Positions 37,294 to 50,290 of a DNA stretch of 64,000 nt are shown one piece after another (the stretch's first letter is position 1; each line of letters begins with the position of its first letter). The stretch covers positions 2,418,001 through 2,482,000 of the forward strand of contig MU053881.1 of assembly GCA_013239625.1 (NCBI GenBank), written 5' to 3'. The notes beneath the pieces were generated by a model that did not search any database, was not told the origin of the DNA, and was given only the letters and a program-made list of their open reading frames with translations. The translations under genes and the position numbers were made by a program. The stretch comes from Lama guanicoe. Taxonomy: Eukaryota.

Positions 37294-40179
37294 CTCACTA
37301 CTGAGAGGTCCTGAGAAGCATGAGAGCCTAACACAGATCCAACACACCACACCTGGGCAGGCACACACACACACACACACACACACACCAGCGCACACTA
37401 CACACCACAACGCATCGAGAAGCTTCTCCTCACGCATGTGCAGATACACACGCTCCCATCTTCACCCTCCCACACAGACATCGGGGGCTCCAATAACACT
37501 GCCTGAGTAAGGAGGAGACTAGGTTACGATTTTAATAAGCTTCTAAATAAATAAATATATAACCCCCCCTTTACCAGGGCCTCTGTGCTTCTTATTAATG
37601 TGACATCTCTGGCCTTACGCTTCTTGAGAACACAGTCGTCGTGTGTGTAGGCGGGTTTCTGAGATGGTATGTGTTCTGTTCGTGGCTGTGAAGGAGCAGG
37701 TGTGTGAACCGTGTGTCGGGCGCAAGTGTGTGTGAGGTGTGTGCTGGTGCAGGGTGTCATGGATGACAGGTCAGGAAAGAGCATGTATGTGTGTATGTGT
37801 GTGTGTGTGTGTGCACGTGTGTGCTTTAGTGCATGTACACTTAGGGGGTGACTCTGGGGCTCTTGGCCAGATGCTGACCAATTTCTGGAGAAGTTGGTCT
37901 CCAAATTGTCCCTGTTCATCATTTCTTACTTTGGTCAACATCTGGTCCATGCTCCTTAAACATGTGCTGCATGAATAATTGGGTGAATAAATGAATGTAA
38001 TTGACAAGGCATCTTGACCTCCGTTCTCTGAATTAAGCCTCATAAGTGGTCCCATGTCCTAGGTCTCACTGTTCTCATTTTACAGATGAGAAAACTGAGG
38101 CCCAGGGAATTTAAGGCAGCATCTGCATCATTACCATTCAGTTAGTGGTAGTTGAACACAAGTCATCTGGTTCCCAGGCTTTACCCAGGGCCCATCGTTA
38201 CCCTGCAGGCACTAGAGCAATCCAAGTGAGGTGGCTCAGGCTGAATTCTCTAATCACCTTGCGCAGGGTCACTTCCAGAAGGGCTGCGGAAGAGGTGGCC
38301 CTGTTAGAATCCAGCAACCACAACAAGATCCTCCTGAGAGGTTCCTGACAGCCCCTGCCCACTTTTTCCTCCGCTCCTCCCTGGTACCACCAGACCCCTG
38401 GCCTTCATTGCCCGCTGTCCTGGTCCCTTGAGGGCCAGCTGAGCAGATGGGCGATGTTCACCCAGCGCTGCAATTCTGACTCAGTCCCTCGGGGGTGGGT
38501 ACATACTGTGTGCCAAGGTTAATTAAACTGGCAATTAGAAGGAGAGATGCTTAATCTATCTGGTTAATAAAATAACCCCCTTGCCTGAGCACGTGGACGC
38601 TGTCACTTGGCTGGGCAGAAGCGGAGAGGCTGCAGCCCTGGCATTACGGGATTAGAAGAGCAGAACGCTCCCTGCTCCCTTGGGCACTGGCTCCCCGCCC
38701 TCTCTGCTCCCCAGGTCCTGGAACCAATTCCTGGGTTTGCCACAGCCTCAGGTGGGATTTTGGAGGGAGTCTTGAGGAGGACCAGGTATTTGGAGGCAAC
38801 CTGTCCCGGGGATGCTCCAAGGTGAAAGGTGACCCTCACAGGGTCTGCCTGCAGCTGGCCCAGCTTGCCATGGGTTGGGGGCTCCTATGCCAGCAGGGGC
38901 CCTCTCACGTCCTTCCGTGACTGTTCATGCCACTTCCTTCCAGGGCTAAGTCTGACCATCACCTTCTAAATTACATCCTTGGTGAATAGCTTTAAAAATT
39001 AATTTTTAATTTCACCTATGAAACATGAATACCTCATTTTTCTAAAAACTAAAATAAGAGACTACAAATACCACCCTTATGCCACTTAATACCAGGTTTT
39101 TCCAGGAAAGTGACAGCTGGTGAAATTCTGGTGTGTCGCCCTTGGGGTCTTCCTCCGCATGTATACAGGTATATATGTTGATATAACGCGATGTAATTTT
39201 GCTTGACTTTAGATTTTTTTACAGTATGATATCTTACTGTCTGCTTTGTTCTGCAGTGTGTGTGTATGTTTCCCTCACTCAACAATGATGCGAAGATTTG
39301 ACGTGTTCTTCAGTCAGATTTCACTGAGATGGAATTTTCCTGGTAGAGAGAGGAGACTTCCTTGCCCTCGGGACCTCTTGCTAAGAATGGCCTGGGACGT
39401 GCATCAGAACCTCCCCTGAATGTGGACTCTCAGCCCAGGGGATCCACACCGCACCCCCTCCCCCGGCTCGTTGCCGGTGCCCCGTCTGCTCCAACGAACG
39501 CTCCCCTGGGTCCCGCTCCTCCTCAGCGTTTGGAGTGAGCCAAGGTCACAACAGTGCCCTTTCCCTCCTCCAGCCTCTGTCGCTGAGACACCAGGGCAGC
39601 TCACACAAAGCTGTCTCGCACAAAGTGGCCCCGCTGCAGCGGCCACTCCCTGCCAGCCTCACAGACTCCCAGTTCAGGTGAGGGGTCCTTAAAGAGACAA
39701 GCTGCCTCCCGCTTCCCATCTCTAAGAGCAGCCCTGGAGGGGCAGGGACTGAGTGACATGCTCCCTGGGGGCTTCTGTGAGGACAAAGCTGCTTAGCTCA
39801 CCTGCATGGCTTGCCAGGCAAAAGGGGCCGCCGAGCTCTCTCCCAGCTCCTGGCAACAGTGACAGGCAGGCCTAGCTGACGGGCAGCGGGCAGCAAGCAG
39901 CAGGCAAGAAAGGATGCGTGCCCATGCAAGGGAAAGGGTTTTATTAACCTCCTAGTGATCAGTTTAATGGGCTTTGAAGTCAGGTGAATTCAGCAACTAG
40001 AGTGGGTGGCACTGAGGCTGCAGTGCCTGAGCTGATGTGAAGCGGGGAGTCTGGAGGGGTTTTAGCGACCACAGGTCCGGATCTGTTCCTAGTGTAAAGA
40101 GGGTAACTGGACACACTTCTTTTAAAGGGCCGGAAACAGGTTAGAGAGTGAAGGCAGGGTGAGCAAGGCATGGGCTCAG

Positions 40180-40400
40180 CCTACCCATCCATCCACCATC
40201 TATCCATCCACCCATCCATCCATCCGTCCATCCACTCATCTACCCATCCAGCCCTCCACTCACCCATCTACCCATCTATCCACCCATCCTCTCACCCATT
40301 CACCCATCTACCCATCTACCCACCTACACATCTATCTACCCATCCACCCATCCACTTAACCATCCACCCATCCGCCCAGTCGTCATCCACTGACCATCTG
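40180..40400. repeat. Degenerate (CCAT)n/(CCAC)n tract at the tail of an L2
   Basis: Directly visible, and runs into the reverse L2 terminus TATTTATTGACCACCTACTATATGCCAGGC. Confidence 0.85.
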
Positions 40401-40409
40401 TCCCACCAT

Positions 40410-40990
40410 ACACTCAATCATTTAATAAGTATTTATTGACCACCTACTATATGCCAGGCCCTGTGCTATGTGTATGTCCTGTTTTCTTGAATCTGATTAT
40501 TCCAGTGAGGGTGTCAGATGGGAGAAAGACTGGCAATAAAATAAATAAACAAATAAACCAATGAGATATTTCAGATAGTGAAGACTATAGAATCGGTAAA
40601 GTGAGAAAGAGTGGAGGAGAGTAGGTGTGGGGGGCATCAGTACAAAATTGTCTGAGAAAGTGATGTTTCAGCTGAGACCTGAGTGATGAGAAAGTGGCAG
40701 CCACTTAAAATTCTGGGGGAAAAGTGTTTCCGGCAGAGGGAACAGCAAGTGTAAAGCATCTGAGAAGGAAATGTGCTCAGTGTGTTTGTGCAACCACAGG
40801 AAAGGCAGTGTGTCTGGGGCACAAGGAGATGGCAGGATGGGATGCCAGAGATGGGGTCTGAGAAGTGGGCAGGGACCCAATCCCAAGGGCTCTTGAAGTG
40901 GAAAAGGGGAAATAGACTATTTCAAGAGCAAAAGGGGAGCCAGTGGAGGGTTTAGACAGGAGTGACATGATGTGATCTGCATCTTAAACT
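40410..40990 (-). mobile_element. L2 fragment
   Basis: Reverse L2 3' end, then GCTGAGACCTGA and GGCAGAGGGAACAGCAAGTGTAAAG. Confidence 0.8.
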
Positions 40991-41379
40991 CATTCTTCTT
41001 GTGTCTTATAGTGATGACTATAAAAAAAAGGGGGGGATGGAGTGGCAGCCAGTGATTTCTAAGCCCCTTTTGGTTCCAAAATCCTATAATTTCCTGCCCC
41101 TCTCTCTCCAATTCTTAAACAACTTAAAGGATAATCTTTTAACTTTTGAAGCGTGTTTTCACCGTTTACAAATCACATTCACGAAACGATTCTGTTTTAC
41201 TCTCATAGCAGCTCTGTTTAATACTCTCCCAAGGGAGTGGCCTCCCCCCGCAGAGCAGCCCCAGGGTGGGGCCTCCTAACCTGGAGCCCTAAAGACCACT
41301 GCTCTACAGTGCCAGCTGGAAGGGTGAAGATGCCACTGTTGGTCTTGCCGTGAACGTATGTTATTTGCCAGCTGGGCTC

Positions 41380-41910
41380 CCAGACCCCTCTTCTGGTAGC
41401 AGCACTCCCTTTTTCCTTTGGAGAACCTCCATCACCACCACTCACAGTCTTCATGGTTTAAATGGAGCCAGTCCCACTCCCTGGCTGCAGGGATGGCCAA
41501 AGATCCCAGTATCCTGGCTTCCCAGTCCCCTGGTGGTTGGTTCAGCTTGGGCCTCCAGTTTGTACCAATGAAAGTCAATCCTGGAACTTATGCTGGGACT
41601 TAAGCTTACAGAGAAGATGCTCTTTCAGGTGGGGTTGGTCATCTGTCAGCATGGTGGCCTGGCATGAGTGGATGATGGCCATTCATTGACAAGATCCTGT
41701 GGAAGATGGGACCCCCCACAGAGGAGAGCTAACAAAGAGACAAGGAAAGAGTCTCATTCTGTTAGAGCACCCTGATCCAGCTATGCCTGAAGCCAACCTC
41801 TCCCACCTTTCTAACTTTTCAATTACAAGAACCTACGAATTTCCTTTTGAGTTTGAGCCAGTTTGAGATGGATTCCTGACCCTTGAAGCCAAAAGAGTCC
41901 TCAGTAATGC
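41380..41910 (+). mobile_element. Old MLT1 LTR
   Basis: GAGCACCCTGATCCAGCTATGCCTGAAGCC and the terminal CCAAAAGAGTCCT. Confidence 0.65.
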
Positions 41911-42759
41911 AGACTGGTAGAGCCCTTGAAGGTTTGTGAAAGCACTCTCACACAGGGCTGGGGTCATTCTTACAGCAACTGTGGGAGGTAGGCGTTGTTA
42001 TCTTCACTCCACACAGGAGGACAGCTAGGTCAGAAGTCGAGGTGTGTCCCAGGTGCAGGCTAGGACTCGGATTCAAGCCTTTAGTTACTCTCATCCTGGA
42101 GGGCGAGTGCAGCCTGCTTGGACAGGCCTCCTCCAGGAACCTCTTTTCGGTCACTAGTCAGACCCCTGCTCACCCTTCCTTTGCCCACCAAGGAGCAGGA
42201 CCCACTTTTTTCGCTTCTCTTTCCTGGCCACTGCTCCCGTCAGCCTGGGGTCTTGTAAGCCTGCTGCCTGTGGCTCCCCTCAGCTGACATTTCAAGCAGG
42301 CGGAGCCCTTTTAGGAATGTGACTGTGGGTGACCCCAGGGAGACAGAGGCCCCTAAGCCCCTAAGCCCTTTCTCTAACCTGCGGGCAGTTCACATGCCAC
42401 AGAGGGGAAGTGTGATGTGGAGTCCCAGCCCTACCCTTGTTTAAGAGCAGTGTGACTTTGGACACATGATTTAAACTCTCAAGCCTCAACTGCCTCATCT
42501 GTAAGTGGGGCTAGTAACGCACCGGCTTCAGGTGAGGACCATTAAGCGAGGTGAACTGAGTAAAACCCGTGGTAAAATGAAGATTCACAACATACACCCT
42601 ATTGGCTTCACAGGGTCTGCGGTCTCGGCCCCTCGAGGTCGTGCCTGCACTCAGTCGCAGTCCCCTCTGCCCTGGGGGCTTTCTTGGCTATGTGCTCCCC
42701 ACTCTGAGGACACCCCGTCTCTTCCTCTGGGATTCACTCCTTCTCTGAGGGATTAGTTA

Positions 42760-43400
42760 CTAAATGTCTATTCTGTTTCAGGCTCTGCTCCAGACAGTGA
42801 GAAATAGCCGTGAGCAAGACAAGAGCTGGCATTCTACTGGGCAGGGTCAGACTAAAACCACTCAAGAGAAATAATTCCACGTATGTGCTATGCAGGAAAC
42901 AAAGGAGCAGAACCTAGGGAGATGAGACAGTGCTCGGAAGAAGGAAGGGGGCAGTAACTGGGGTGGGGAAAGTCTTGTCCACTGAGACCTAAATGATGAG
43001 AAGAAGGCAATGAAGGCTCTGGGAGGTCTCTGGGGAGCAGTAAGTTGGGGAATCCCTGGTGGTTTGAGCATCCCAGGCAGAGAGCACAGCAAGTGCAAAG
43101 GCCCTGAGGTGGGACCAGGATGAAAGAACAATAGGCTGGTGTGGATGGAGAGCTGAGTGAGGAAGAAGTAGGACATGAAGCTGGAGAGGTGGGTAGGGCA
43201 GACCCGAGGGCCCTTGTGAGCCACGGGTAGAATGAGCTTTATTTCATGTACGATGGGAAACCGTGGAAGGGGGAGAGGGAGTTAGGCAGGGGAGGGACCG
43301 ATTCTGCAGTCATCCTAGGAAGAGCAGTCTGGCAGCTGTGGGAGGATGCCTGGCAGGGGCAAAGAGGAAGCAGGGCTGCCAGCCTGAGCCTTGCCTCCTC
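42760..43400 (-). mobile_element. L2 fragment
   Basis: CCAGGCAGAGAGCACAGCAAGTGCAAAGGCCCTGAGGTGGGA. Confidence 0.75.
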
Positions 43401-43621
43401 CATGCCCTTCCGAAACTAGTGCCCCCAGCTCAGCCCACCCCCGTATGATGTTGGGAGCCCCCAGAGCTCTCTGCTCATCTGCAGGTCCCCTTGACCAGCT
43501 CTGGGCACCCGGGGAAAGACACACTTTGATAAACCTGAGCAGACATGGTTTCTCCACCAACCTTCTCAGCTTCTCTTTGATGATGACTCATTCCCAGGGA
43601 TTAGCTCCCCACCCCTGCCAC

Positions 43622-43651
43622 NNNNNNNNNNNNNNNNNNNNNNNNNNNNNN
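43622..43651. other. Assembly gap (30 N) next to a poly-C run
   Basis: Directly visible. Confidence 1.
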
Positions 43652-45779
43652 CCCCCCCCCCCCCACATTGGAAACGCCCTGAAGTTTCCTATTCCTATCG
43701 CGGACAAAGGCACACCTCCTCAGACCCCAAGTAATTTGCTCCAGTGGAAGGTCCCGTCCCTCTCATGCCAGAGACGATTTCCCTCTCATCAGCATCTCAG
43801 GATTTAGAGGGTCCAACCCTCCCCACCCTGCTTCCACGGCTGTGGGAGGCAGCCTTGTGAGCACCAGGGTGTGCCTGGGTGGACGCTGCACCCGCGTGCC
43901 CTCGGGCCAAGTGTGTGGTTGCTGATGAGCGAGGGCAGAAGGCAGGAAAGGGTCCTGATGGAGCAGAGAGAAGCCCCAGGCACTGGGAACGCAGCCACCA
44001 CCGCTTGTCTGTTCCCATCAGGAGAGCGATCGGCCTCGCTGGCTATTTCATCTGTGTTTATTTGTCTGTCTGCCTGTGTCTTGCTCTATCTTCTGATGTG
44101 TCTGTCTCTCAGCCTTCAGATGCCCCCTCAGCTGGAGCCAGCGATTCTGCAGACAGACACAGCCCACATCTCTCTCCTGGGGGCCGGACATGCACGCGTT
44201 CTGGCCACGGGGCCTCGCGGCCGCTCTGGGAGCTGGTCCATGCCCCGTGAGAGAGAGCAAAAACAGCTCCTTGGGCTGCACAGCCCTTTACAGTTTGTAT
44301 TTCTCTGTCCCACGCATGTGTTTAATTATATCCTTGCCTTGCTCCCAAAGGAGTTCAAGGCACTAGTCCTCTGTTCTTCGCAGTGACACGGCAGGGTGGG
44401 CAGGCACCGACCCAGCCCCTTGGCAGGCAAGGAAACCGAGGTTTCGAGGGCCGTTGTCAAGGTCAGGGAGCCAGCAAGCGGTCAGGCCCCGGCTGGGCCT
44501 TGGGTCTCGGGCGTGGGTTGGGTTTTGCTCCTGCAGGAAGTTTCCGGAGTCCTCCTTCTCCTGGATCTTAGGAGCTTGCTCTGCCTGGGGGTGTCTCTGG
44601 CCACCTGCTCTGTCATGTGTTCAGTGGGTAGCGCTGGACACCTCCGGTCTTGTCCAGGGCCCCGGTTCCAAGCCTCAGTCCTGTCTGGAGCTCTGGGGAA
44701 GACTCTGGGGAGCAGTAGGCTGGGGAATCCCATGGGAAGTGGGGGAGGGGGAGGGGATTGAGAGTCTGGGCTGTGGGCAGGGGCAGCAGGGTGGCGAGGG
44801 TTGCTGTGAACGCCCCTTCCTGTGCCTGGGCGTGAGGGGCTGAGGCCGGGGAGGGCTGGAGGGGTCTGGCGGGGCCATGGTAGGGGAGAGAAGGGGCTGC
44901 CCAGATGACAGCAGGTGACAGGATGACTCGGAACCCAAGCTGCCGCCGCTGCAACAAAGGAGGGGAGTGAAGGGGACGACGAGGCTTGGCAACCGCTCTC
45001 CCAGCTGCTCTGGGTTTGAAGCTGAGCCACTTTGCTGGCTCCAGCACAGCGCGAACAGGTGGTAGCAAGATTGGCACAGCCAGGAAAATCCATCTTGCGG
45101 AGGCCAGCGTGCAGCAGAGCGGGAGAGGAGCAGCCAGATGGAGGGGGAGGATGGAGAGATGGGGGCTGGGGAGGGGCTGCTGGGAGAGGACCCTCCATCC
45201 CCTCCACAGGCCCATCCACCCCGGGGGGCAGGTCCTCTCCACCCCTCCCCCCATGGGTGTCTGCACACACCCACGCAGCCACCTCTGCACACCCAGGCCA
45301 AGGCACTCAAGAGCCCTCAAGGTCTCTCAGAGTCCACGGGCAACCAGGTCTCCTACCTCAAAGGCTCTCACAGGGCACTTGCCTTCTTTTGCCCTGAGGC
45401 CCACAACTTCCAGCTACTCACCTCGCTGGCTTCTGCCAGATGGGCTACCTGGCACTGGGTCTACCTGAGCACCTGTTGAGGAGAGAGGCACCTGGGCCTC
45501 CCAGGTGGGCTCCCAATTCCAGGATCAGCAAGTGGAAGTTTCTCGCCTGGTTTCTTGCCCTGTCGGAAAGGGAAGCCCCCAACACATGCTGAGGTGTCCG
45601 GCAATTTGGCTGAGAACAGGTCCACCTGCAGTGCCCTGACTCCTGCCCGCGTGGCTCCACCAGCAGCTCATGAATTTGGCCTGAGCAAGGCAATGTTTGC
45701 CTCTCAGCAGTTGCAAGGCTGTGCGTGGTGCTACCTAAACACTTGGTTGATGCCCAAATAAACCAGGTGGCCCTGCATT

Positions 45780-46500
45780 CAGTCAGTTCCCATTTAAGAG
45801 ATGACTGAGCAGGGTTTACTCGGGGCCAAGCACTGTTCCAGGTGTGGAGGCCACAGCAGGAAAGAGGGCAGGCAAGGTCCAGGGATCATGGCACCTACAT
45901 GGTAGAAGGACAAGTCAAACCAACAAACAAGGGAATTTTAGGTAGTGGTAGATGTATGTAGACAGAGTGATGTCAACAGGAACTGCAGAGGTGGCCTTCT
46001 AGATGGATTGGCTAAGGAGGGCTTCTCTGAGGAGGTGGCATTCGGGCTGAGACCTGAATGAGAAAGCGGATCATAGAAAGGACTGGGGAAGTGTTCCTGG
46101 CAGAGGGAGCTGCATGTGCAAAGGTCCTGAGGCAGAATGACCTTGACATGTTTGAGGAATAGAAGGAAGACCAATGATGTTGGGAACAGTTAGGGCCTGG
46201 ATCATGCTGGACCTGAAGACCATGGGGGAGAGCTGAGCTTTTATCCCAAGTGAGATGAAGAGACTTTGAGGGAGATATCCGTCTGATGGCTGTGGGGAGG
46301 ACAGATTGGCCTAGGTTGGGGTGAGAAGAGAGGCATCGGGAGACCAGGCAGAGGTGGCTGCTGTTGGTTTGGCTGGACCGGGGTGGAGGTGGTGAGAGGG
46401 TGAGGAACAGCTGGATTGGGGTGTGTTTTTGAGGCTGAGCCTACAGGACCACTCTGGAGTTGGACGCAGAAGAATTAAAGATAGGTTTGGAGTTGAGCTG
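45780..46500 (-). mobile_element. L2 fragment
   Basis: GGCTTCTCTGAGGAGGTGGCATT...GCTGAGACCTGAATGA...GTGCAAAGGTCCTGAGGCAG. Confidence 0.78.
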
Positions 46501-47299
46501 GAAGGAGGGGGCATTTCCTGGGCTGAGGAGAACTGGGGACTCCCATGTGGTTAGGGAGGAGACATGGAGGACATTCTCTTCCAAAAGTACAACCCAAAGG
46601 GGATTCCCACACTCTGCAAGGCCCAGAACAGCATGTGCCCCTGCCCCTGGTCCCCACCTGAGAGGCAGGTATCTATTCTTACCCCCATGGACACATTCTC
46701 CCAGACCCCAGCTCTCCCGTGAATTCTGAGCAAGTTGCGTCCCTTCTTGAAGATGGACGGCACTTTACAAACTCCATATGCTCAGTTTTCTTTTATTATT
46801 TTAATTTCTAAATACTTGGGAAGGTTTCCAGCATTGGCTTCTGCTGTGATTCTCGTGCCAACCAACACACTTTGCTCTCCCCCCCGCCCCCCATCCCTTC
46901 CTTCTTCCAACTGGGAGGGAAATTCAGCCGGCACGTGGGTGCCTCGTGGGTCTGGTCAAAGATGAAACTGACCCCAGAGGCTGTCGGGAGCGGCAGGCAG
47001 GGCCTGGCCTGGTGGGCGGGAGCCCAGGGTCTCGCTCAAGTTGGGGGTTTCTAGAGATGCTTTCAAAGGGACCCTGGCATCAGATGAGAACTGCAGGCTT
47101 CCTCACATCACCCAGTCCACTCAGTCACGGGCCATCCTCCCTGGCCTCTCCCCTTCCCGAGTCCACAGGGCCTGACATCCCCCCTCCTCTGGTGCTAAAT
47201 TCCCCCGCACCCACCTCCTCTAACAGCTGGGCTTTCTATGTTGCAGGCAAATCCCAGGAACTTTGCTCTTCCCTCTGCCTGGAAGGCTGCCCCCACTGA

Positions 47300-47550
47300 A
47301 CCCCTGCAAAGCTCACTCCTTCTCACTGCAATGTCACGTCTTCTGCAAAGCCTTCCCTGGACACCTAATCTGAGCTGGCTCCCCTCATCATCGTCATGGT
47401 CCTCAAGATTCGATGAAATCGCATGCAGTGATTTGATGACACGTTCCCGTGGGAGCAAGACCTTATCCGTCTGTTTGGTTTTCAGCTGTACCTCCAGTGT
47501 CTGCAACAGTGCCTGGCATGGAGCAATAAATACTTGTTGAATGAATGAGT
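47300..47550 (+). mobile_element. L2 3' end
   Basis: ACAGTGCCTGGCA...CAATAAATACTTGTTGAATGAATGA. Confidence 0.75.
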
Positions 47551-48534
47551 GGGTTTCCTGCCATCTCCTCCTCCTGCTGGCTCCCATTTGTGGAAGGGAG
47601 TTGGGTGTTCTGGGCAACTCGGAGTTAGGTAGATGGAGGACCAGGACAACGTTTGTCGACTGACCAGACGTGCCAAGAGCAGTATAAGTGACCTCATTCA
47701 ATGTGTTCCCCTCATTCTACACACAAGAAAACGAAAGCTCAAAAGAATAAAAGAACCCGCCCAGAAGCAGATAGCTCACCGTGGGGGAGCTGTGATTGGG
47801 GTTCTCGGCTTTGCTGCCCACCATGCTGCAGATGGACCACAGACAGATGACCAATTTCCAACGACGTGGAATAGTAAAGTGCACTTAACACCCCTATGAT
47901 TATTGACTAAAGTCAATGGCACTTTGATGACTAGAAGGGGATGATTTCAGAGCCCCGCGGGGCCCCGTCCTGCTGGGTCCTGATCTCATGCGTGGTGCCA
48001 CACCTGTGCACGGCGTGGGGCCACGTAAAGCTTCAGGAACCCTAGGGGCTGCTGGCCAGGCTACCCCTCTCAACTCTGCAGATCATCCTTTGCTTTTTTA
48101 TACCAAAGAAAGAAGGACAGTGTATTGATGCGGGCTTTCCTGTGGCATGCCACCATGACCAGCTACCAGCGGGAGTCTCCAAACCCAGCCTCACCCAGGA
48201 CGGGACAGCAACACGATTGGGTCCTTCTGTTTCTCCTGCCTGCAGTGCCCCTTCCCACGGCATCTGTGAAGCATCAGCCTCACCTCTTCCAAGACTGCAC
48301 TGACTGCCAGGTTTTCAGTGAAGCTTAACCTGACAGGTGTACAGGCGCCAGCGCTCCCTTCCCTGCTTTGAATCCATGCAAACCGCCCATCACCATCTAA
48401 CACACCACACATTCTATCCACTTTGCTCCATTAGACTGTAAGCTCCATGAGGGCAGGGGTTTTGCCAGCTTGGTTCCCTGTGGTGTTCCCAGCACCTGGC
48501 ACCTGGTAGGTAGGTAGTCTGTGTTTGTGCAATG

Positions 48535-48960
48535 AGTTTTTCCCCAACTTTGGTCGCTCACATCCCACCGTCACAATTTTTGGTCATATCTGTGTCCTCC
48601 TTGTGCTATCTCATATTTTCCTTTTAACAGCTCTCTGTAAAAAAAAAAAAAAAACTTAAAGAAGTGAAATGTAAGGAAACTTTTTTATCACTCCCATAAA
48701 TGGAAAGCCAATATCACTTGCCATAAATAGAAGACAACTGTTAAAATAAATGCCACGAAAACAAAACAGCGTGAGGAAATTTGAGCAAGAGCCTGTTGCC
48801 TGCAGAAGGCAATAGGAGGATGCCTGCTCTCTCCCTCTCTGCTGAAAGGAGGGGTCGCGGGTGCTGGGAGCTGTTAGAGACAGGACGGAGACTGTGTCCT
48901 TGACAGAGGGTCTAGAGAGACCTGCATAGGGAGCAGCTTTCTCACCATCTGAGCCAGACA
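48535..48960. mobile_element. hAT-Charlie-like DNA transposon fragment
   Basis: ATAAATGGAAAGCCAATATCACTTGCCATAAATAGAAG resembles recalled Charlie-family sequence. Subfamily uncertain. Confidence 0.45.
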
Positions 48961-49674
48961 GTGTGACTTGACTCCATTCTCGGCTCCTCCTAAAATCCAG
49001 CCCCTGCCACAGTCCTCGTCCCATGCTTCAGGGAACACAGAATCTGGACAGCTCAGTGGGGCTCGGTATGGAGGGACTGCTCCCCAAACGCACCTGGCAT
49101 TTGGGACCACGTTAGCCCTTAAGGTGTCTTTATGGGGATTGGGAAAAGGCGTTCTCTCTGGGTGGAGGCGGCACTGTGCCTTTGTGGGCAGGGAAGGATC
49201 CCCTATCCTCTGGGATCTGCCTTCCTGCAGACTCCTCCTGCTGGCTTCAGGGCCAACCAGTCCGTTGCTCTGTCTTAGCACTTCTCCTGGTCCTACTGGC
49301 GTCAGGCAAGATTTGTCTGAGCCTGTCTTCCTCTCCTGACAGGGAGCTCCCCACTGTAGGGACCGCCCTGTTCGTGTGTGCATCTTCCATCACTTGACAG
49401 AATGTCCCGCCTATGACTGGCTTTCAGGAAACATTTGTGGACTTGAATGGAGTCAGTGATTAATCAAACTCCAAAGAGCCAATATTTCCTCTTGTCCAGA
49501 CAAATAATATCAAAAGAATCATCTACTCTCTCAGTTCTGGCTTTTTTCTGAACTTCCCTCAGGACCAGGTGGGTGGATGGAGATTCCAATCTCCTGTATC
49601 TTTTGGAAGAATTTTGTTTTCCTGACACCTGAGCTCTCCTTCCTGATCTTCTCTGTCTGGTCCCGGCGGAAGGA

Positions 49675-50290
49675 AGTTTCAGTTAGGATGCTTTGTGTTG
49701 CAAGTGACAGGAAAACTTGGGTCTAATGGTCACATCGTAGAGGAATTAATTGAGTTTTAAAGTCTGGAGGTAGTGTTAGCATCAGGTGAGGCTTGATCCA
49801 GCAGCTCCAAAGATGTCACCAGAAGCCTTGCTTCTCTCCATCTTTCTTATTTGACTTCCCTGTTGTAAGCTTCACCCTCAGTCTCCGCATGGAGCTTCTC
49901 CCCACACCCCACCTTGGGCAGCTCCTGCATATCCATTCCTGGTAGCAGAATGGCTGCCGCCATCCTAATCTTATACCATATCCTTCAGGGGGACAATGAA
50001 GATCTTTTCCAGGCTTCCATTTAAGACAAGGAAGGTCTTGCTTTCCCAGAAGCTCTAGGAATAGTCTCATGTCCCATTGACTCTGATTGGGTGCCTGAAC
50101 CACCTCTGGACCAATAGACACAGCCAGGAGGAGGGGATATGCTGAGTGGCCAATCAGGTTCTGCTCCTGAAGGTGGGCAGGGAATCAGCTCACCAGTCAC
50201 AGGCTGAGCTATGGATGGGGTGTTCCCAGGGTGGGTTGAGAGGATTGTTTCCAGAAGGAAGAAGCAATGGGTACTGGGGGCAAATCACAG
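49675..50290 (-). mobile_element. Old MLT1 LTR
   Basis: AGTTAGGATGCTTT...TTGCAAGTGACAGGAAA (reverse LTR end), GGCTTGATCCAG, CTCTGATTGG...GGACCAAT. Confidence 0.7.

Noticed and set aside
40159..40439. Repetitive PSTH/IHPS ORFs
   Set aside because: Translation of a (CCAT)n-like simple repeat at an L2 tail.
44482..45479. Overlapping ORFs of 274, 235, 211 and 160 aa
   Set aside because: Low-complexity translations on both strands with no recognisable domain or exon structure.
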